Of a stretch of 64,000 nt of DNA, positions 60,450 through 64,000 are shown piece after piece. Position 1 is the stretch's first letter. The number at the start of each line of letters is the position of its first letter. A program made the translations under genes and the position numbers. Source of the DNA: Candidatus Multivoradales bacterium (GTDB taxonomy: Bacteria > Acidobacteriota > Thermoanaerobaculia > Multivoradales > J023); assembly GCA_965250305.1 (NCBI GenBank), contig CBDFNS010000023.1, forward strand, positions 182,623 through 246,622, written 5' to 3'. The notes under the pieces were generated by a model. It saw only the letters and a list, made by a program, of their open reading frames with translations, made no database searches and was not told the DNA's origin.

Positions 60450-62149
60450 TAGCTAGATCCCATCCAGAAACTCGTAATCAATTGAAAACAAGAGGTTTAA
60501 ACGCGCATTCTGAGGTCATTTCTGAGCTTCGTTCTGATAGGCTTTGGTCTCCTAAAACACAGAGCCCAAAGAACTTAACCCTAGAAAGGAACGCCCAGAA
60601 TGCGCAAAGCTCGCGATTTTCAGCCCAATCTCACCTACAAGTGGCTCGATCTGGACCATGCCAAAGAGCTTCAGACCGTCGCGGGCCTGATCGATGACCA
60701 TCCTAAGATTGCCGACCTGGTATGGCAAGACCTGACCCGCGATGCCCTTCACCAGACCGGCGCAACAGGGATGTCCGCTGACCTGGTGTTTCGTGCTCTG
60801 CTACTCAAACAGATGCACACTTGGAGCTACGACGAACTCCATTTCCACCTCACCGACTCGCAGACCTTCCGCACCTTCTGCGGCATGAGCTTCGCTCAAA
60901 AAACGCCCGCCAGATCGACGTTGGCGGCGGCGATCAAGAAAGTTCGGGCCGAAACCCTCGAAGCGATCAATCGCCTCTTGTTGCTGGAGGCCCGCGAGCG
61001 CAAGGTCGAGAGCGGGCAGCTTTCCCGAGTCGACTGCACGGTGGTCGAAACGCTGATGCATCCTCCCGCGGACTCGCAGCAGTTGTGGGACTGCATCCGG
61101 GTACTCCTCCGGTTAATGAAGCGGGTGCAGGCGCATCTACCGGCCGGCCTCTTCACGTTTCCGAACCGGAAGAAACGAGCCAAGCGCCGCTGCCGTGAGA
61201 TCTCTGTAGCGCGAAGGAAAGTGGCGCGTCGGGAGTCCTACAGGGATCTCGTGAAGGTTGCCGAGGAGATCCAGCAAAAGGCCTTGGAAGCGGTTGCCCT
61301 GCTGGAGGCTCACCGGGTCGTCGACCCGGCCCTCGAGCAGAAGCTGGCCCGGTTTCTCGACCTCATCGAGCGCACCTTGGATCAGACTCGTCGCCGGGTC
61401 TTCGACGGCGAGAGCGTACACGCCTCGGAGAAACTCGTCTCCGTCTTCGAAGACCACTCCGACATCATCCGCAAAGACTTCAAGAACACATACTACGGCC
61501 ACAAGATCTGTCTCACCGGTGGCAAGTCCTCGATGGTTCTGGATTGCCAGATCTTCCGAGGCAATCCCGCCGATGCCAACATGGCTGTGCCATCCGTCGA
61601 ACGTCAGCAAGACATCTATGGCAAAGCGCCGCGCCAAGTCGTGTTCGATGGAGCCTTCAGCTCGGCGAGCAACCTTGAGAAGATCCAAGAACTGGGGACC
61701 CAAGATGTTGTCTTTTCCAAGAGTTCTCTGAAGATCTCCGAGATGGCCAAGAGCCTCTACGTCTACCGCAAGCTACGCAATTTCAGAGCCGGCATCGAGG
61801 GATGTATCTCGTTCCTGAAGCGTACCTTCGGACTGCATCGCTGCACCTGGCGCTCCTGGTCGTCGTTCAAGAGCTACGTCTGGAGCTCGATCGTTTCCTG
61901 CAACCTATTGGTCATGGCCCGAACCATTCTCAGCCAAGCTTGATCAGCCGACCGGCGGTCAAAGCACGCGGCACCCCGACGGGCCGCCTGGATGAGATAT
62001 GGGCGCGAATGCAGTCCTTGCCGCATTCGCACCTCTGGCGGTCGATTCCACGATCACCCGGTGAGCAGCACCCCCAATGGACCCTTAGACGAGGGCCCAT
62101 TCGACAGGCCTGTGGGCTCGAAACCGCATTTCTGGATGGGATCTAGCTA
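60450..62149 (+). mobile_element. IS5/IS1182-like insertion sequence (about 1.7 kb) with 21-bp perfect terminal inverted repeats
   Basis: Left tagctagatcccatccagaaa (60450-60470) and right tttctggatgggatctagcta (62129-62149) are exact reverse complements. One transposase ORF lies inside. Confidence 0.75.
60600..61943 (+). CDS. IS5/IS1182-family DDE transposase (N-terminal DUF772-like region)
   Basis: 447 aa. The N-terminal DLVFRALLLKQMHTWSYDEL resembles DUF772, with a DDE_Tnp_1-like C-terminal half. Confidence 0.8.
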   Translation: MRKARDFQPNLTYKWLDLDHAKELQTVAGLIDDHPKIADLVWQDLTRDALHQTGATGMSADLVFRALLLKQMHTWSYDELHFHLTDSQTFRTFCGMSFAQKTPARSTLAAAIKKVRAETLEAINRLLLLEARERKVESGQLSRVDCTVVETLMHPPADSQQLWDCIRVLLRLMKRVQAHLPAGLFTFPNRKKRAKRRCREISVARRKVARRESYRDLVKVAEEIQQKALEAVALLEAHRVVDPALEQKLARFLDLIERTLDQTRRRVFDGESVHASEKLVSVFEDHSDIIRKDFKNTYYGHKICLTGGKSSMVLDCQIFRGNPADANMAVPSVERQQDIYGKAPRQVVFDGAFSSASNLEKIQELGTQDVVFSKSSLKISEMAKSLYVYRKLRNFRAGIEGCISFLKRTFGLHRCTWRSWSSFKSYVWSSIVSCNLLVMARTILSQA

Positions 62150-62375
62150 TGCGACAAGGATTCACCTTCTGGACTCGCGATATTAGAGAGCAAGCCCTCC
62201 CGACGAAACACGGTCATGCGGCGCGATGCCAACTCGGCGTAATCCGCGAATATCAGTGTGACTCGTCGTCGAAGCGACCTCGATCATCCGACCTCTCTGG
62301 CTTCGAATATCGCCCCCGTCCCGGACCTCTTGGATGGGGCGGGATTGCCCTCGACAAACGGTCGTTCCATGTGAT

Positions 62376-63137
62376 CTAGATTGCGGGCAACAGGCGGACG
62401 GCTTGGTCCATCAAATCTCGGGCGCTCTTGACGCCGAGAGAATAGGCCACGATGGTCCCTTCGCGATCAAGCAGTACCGTACTGGGAATCGACTGAACAC
62501 CGAAACGCCGGTACAACTCCGCGTTTTCAGTGATGCCCGCTGGATAGCTGAACTTCCTTTTCTCGAGGAACTTGACCGCCTTCTCTTTGTCGGTCCTTTT
62601 CTCGGCGGCGTTGTCTGGCGTGTCGTAGCGGGTGATGGCCAACACGTTGAGCCCGCTCTCGTGGTGCTGCTGATAGAGCGTCTCGAGCTCTGCCATTTCC
62701 TTCCAACAAGGTGAGCACCAGCGCGCCCAGAAGGTGACGATCGTAACCCCTTCGACACTCGAGGTTGCCAGGTCGAATTCGGCTTGAGACACGTTCAAGG
62801 CTTCGAGGCCAATGAGGGGTGGTGCCGGCTTGCCTCGCATCTCGGCGGATCTTTCGACCTCATGCGCGGCGACTGATTGGGCAACGTTCTCTTGATGAAT
62901 AGCCCAGCCGGCTGCGCTCAAGATCCCGCCGACGAGCAAGAGCGCGACGCGTTGAGTGATTGCTACCCGAGGCCTTGTGCGCCAGACCTCTCGTAGGCCA
63001 CTCAGAACGCAAATCAACGCAAACACGAGGGGGAAGTTGTTGATCGGGCCAAAGACCCCACGCATCGCCAGAGCGCCGACCATCGCGCAAACGAAAAAGA
63101 TCAGTAGTGGCGAGCGGTAATGGCTTGGTACCGGCAC
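62376..63137 (-). CDS. TlpA-like thiol:disulfide oxidoreductase (thioredoxin fold) with N-terminal TM segments
   Basis: WARWCSPCWKE (the CxxC motif) in a thioredoxin context, and a membrane anchor. Confidence 0.82.
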   Translation of the reverse strand: MPVPSHYRSPLLIFFVCAMVGALAMRGVFGPINNFPLVFALICVLSGLREVWRTRPRVAITQRVALLLVGGILSAAGWAIHQENVAQSVAAHEVERSAEMRGKPAPPLIGLEALNVSQAEFDLATSSVEGVTIVTFWARWCSPCWKEMAELETLYQQHHESGLNVLAITRYDTPDNAAEKRTDKEKAVKFLEKRKFSYPAGITENAELYRRFGVQSIPSTVLLDREGTIVAYSLGVKSARDLMDQAVRLLPAI

Positions 63138-63353
63138 CAGTCAACCTTCCTTTTCGAGCCGATGGATCTGTTGCTAAATCTGCGGGTTGCCGGGCGACGA
63201 CTCGGGCAGCTTCTTCAAGGGTGCCTGAATCTAGCACGCGGGAACCGGCTGGCGAGAAACAGGTGCCGGATCGCCGCGAATCCGGTCATCAACGGTTGAC
63301 CTCCGCGTTTGGCCACCGGGTTGGTGGCCAGCTCGGCTGGCGTTTTGTCGAGT

Positions 63354-64000
63354 CTACGGCGCCGGAAACGCCATGCGCTCGAGCATGGCGACGAATCGTG
63401 GATGATCCCGCAGGGGATCGAGACGCGGGTCGACCCCCAAGGCGAGCAGGTCGGTTTCGTGTTCGGTGAAAGAGCGATCCAGCCAGTCAAGTGCCGTCTC
63501 GGTTTTACCGATGGCGGTGAGCTCGATTGCCAGGTCGTAGGGTGATCGGTACTCAGTCTCACCCGCCGCGGCTTGGGCCAGGCGTTTTTCGGTTACCGAG
63601 CGGATCACACCGCGCAGGCCACGGGCTTCGAGATGCTCGGCGAGTCCGTGGTCATCACCGTCTTCGATGGTGGCAGCGCGGCGCCATGCGGCGCTGGCCT
63701 CGGCGTCGTTGCCCCACGCGATGTGCATCCATTTGAGGTTGTCCCAGAGATCGAAGTGATCGGGCGCCAACTCGATGGTCCTGCGCGTTTGCTCGAGGGC
63801 GTCTTCCGGCCGATCGGCGAAGAAAAACAACCAAGCCAGCATGGTGTTGATGACCGGAGAGGTCGGCGCCAGTGCCAGAGCTTTGCGGGTTGCCTCGAGG
63901 CCCCGTTCGGGCTGGCCCAGATGGGTCAGCAGGACCCCCCGCATGAGATGCGCTTCGCCGAGGTCGGCGTCGAGCGCCACGGCGCGGTCGAGGTGGTGCT
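63354..64000 (-). CDS. TPR-repeat protein, C-terminal part (5' end beyond window)
   Basis: TPR-like repeats (LGQPERGLEATRKALALAP...). The ORF track starts it at 63980, probably an internal/alternative codon. Confidence 0.45.
   Translation of the reverse strand, partial: HHLDRAVALDADLGEAHLMRGVLLTHLGQPERGLEATRKALALAPTSPVINTMLAWLFFFADRPEDALEQTRRTIELAPDHFDLWDNLKWMHIAWGNDAEASAAWRRAATIEDGDDHGLAEHLEARGLRGVIRSVTEKRLAQAAAGETEYRSPYDLAIELTAIGKTETALDWLDRSFTEHETDLLALGVDPRLDPLRDHPRFVAMLERMAFPAP

Overview
High-GC (about 65-67%) proteobacterial chromosomal segment with mostly ordinary housekeeping content. Recognisable core genes are the EF-P beta-lysylation set (epmA-efp on the minus strand facing epmB), fadBA beta-oxidation, xth, mnmA, an RNase II/R-family exoribonuclease, an MMPL transporter, an NSS symporter, an amidohydrolase/MBL pair, a PilZ protein and a YbdK-type carboxylate-amine ligase. 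Regulatory content comprises two ECF sigma/zinc-anti-sigma pairs (one heading a TPR-CHAT protease gene) and a sigma-54 promoter in front of an OMP-DUF4390-histidine kinase-sigma54 activator operon. There are three toxin-antitoxin-like modules (XRE-ImmA fusion, AbrB/Doc, ParDE-like). Four lower-GC insertions interrupt this backbone. (i) A two-gene XRE-HTH/ImmA-peptidase module with an unknown partner splits the efp/epmA-epmB cluster. (ii) An IS256-family IS sits beside a low-GC multi-TM protein with a C-terminal zinc ribbon. (iii) An approximately 5.8 kb island encodes a 981-aa protein with two GHKL ATPase folds (N-terminal Bergerat-type ATPase plus C-terminal histidine-kinase core), a translationally coupled receiver-domain protein with a large unknown output domain, and a convergent stand-alone Dcm-type C5 methyltransferase. 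No Vsr or restriction endonuclease is visible. This is my best candidate for an undescribed, probably defence-related, signalling system. (iv) A mobile-element graveyard at 55.8-62.2 kb holds an amidohydrolase pseudogene, a group II intron (RT/maturase plus a CGC-type domain V), transposition-ATPase and IS110 fragments, and an intact IS5/IS1182-like IS with 21-bp perfect inverted repeats. No rRNA, tRNA or CRISPR array was seen.
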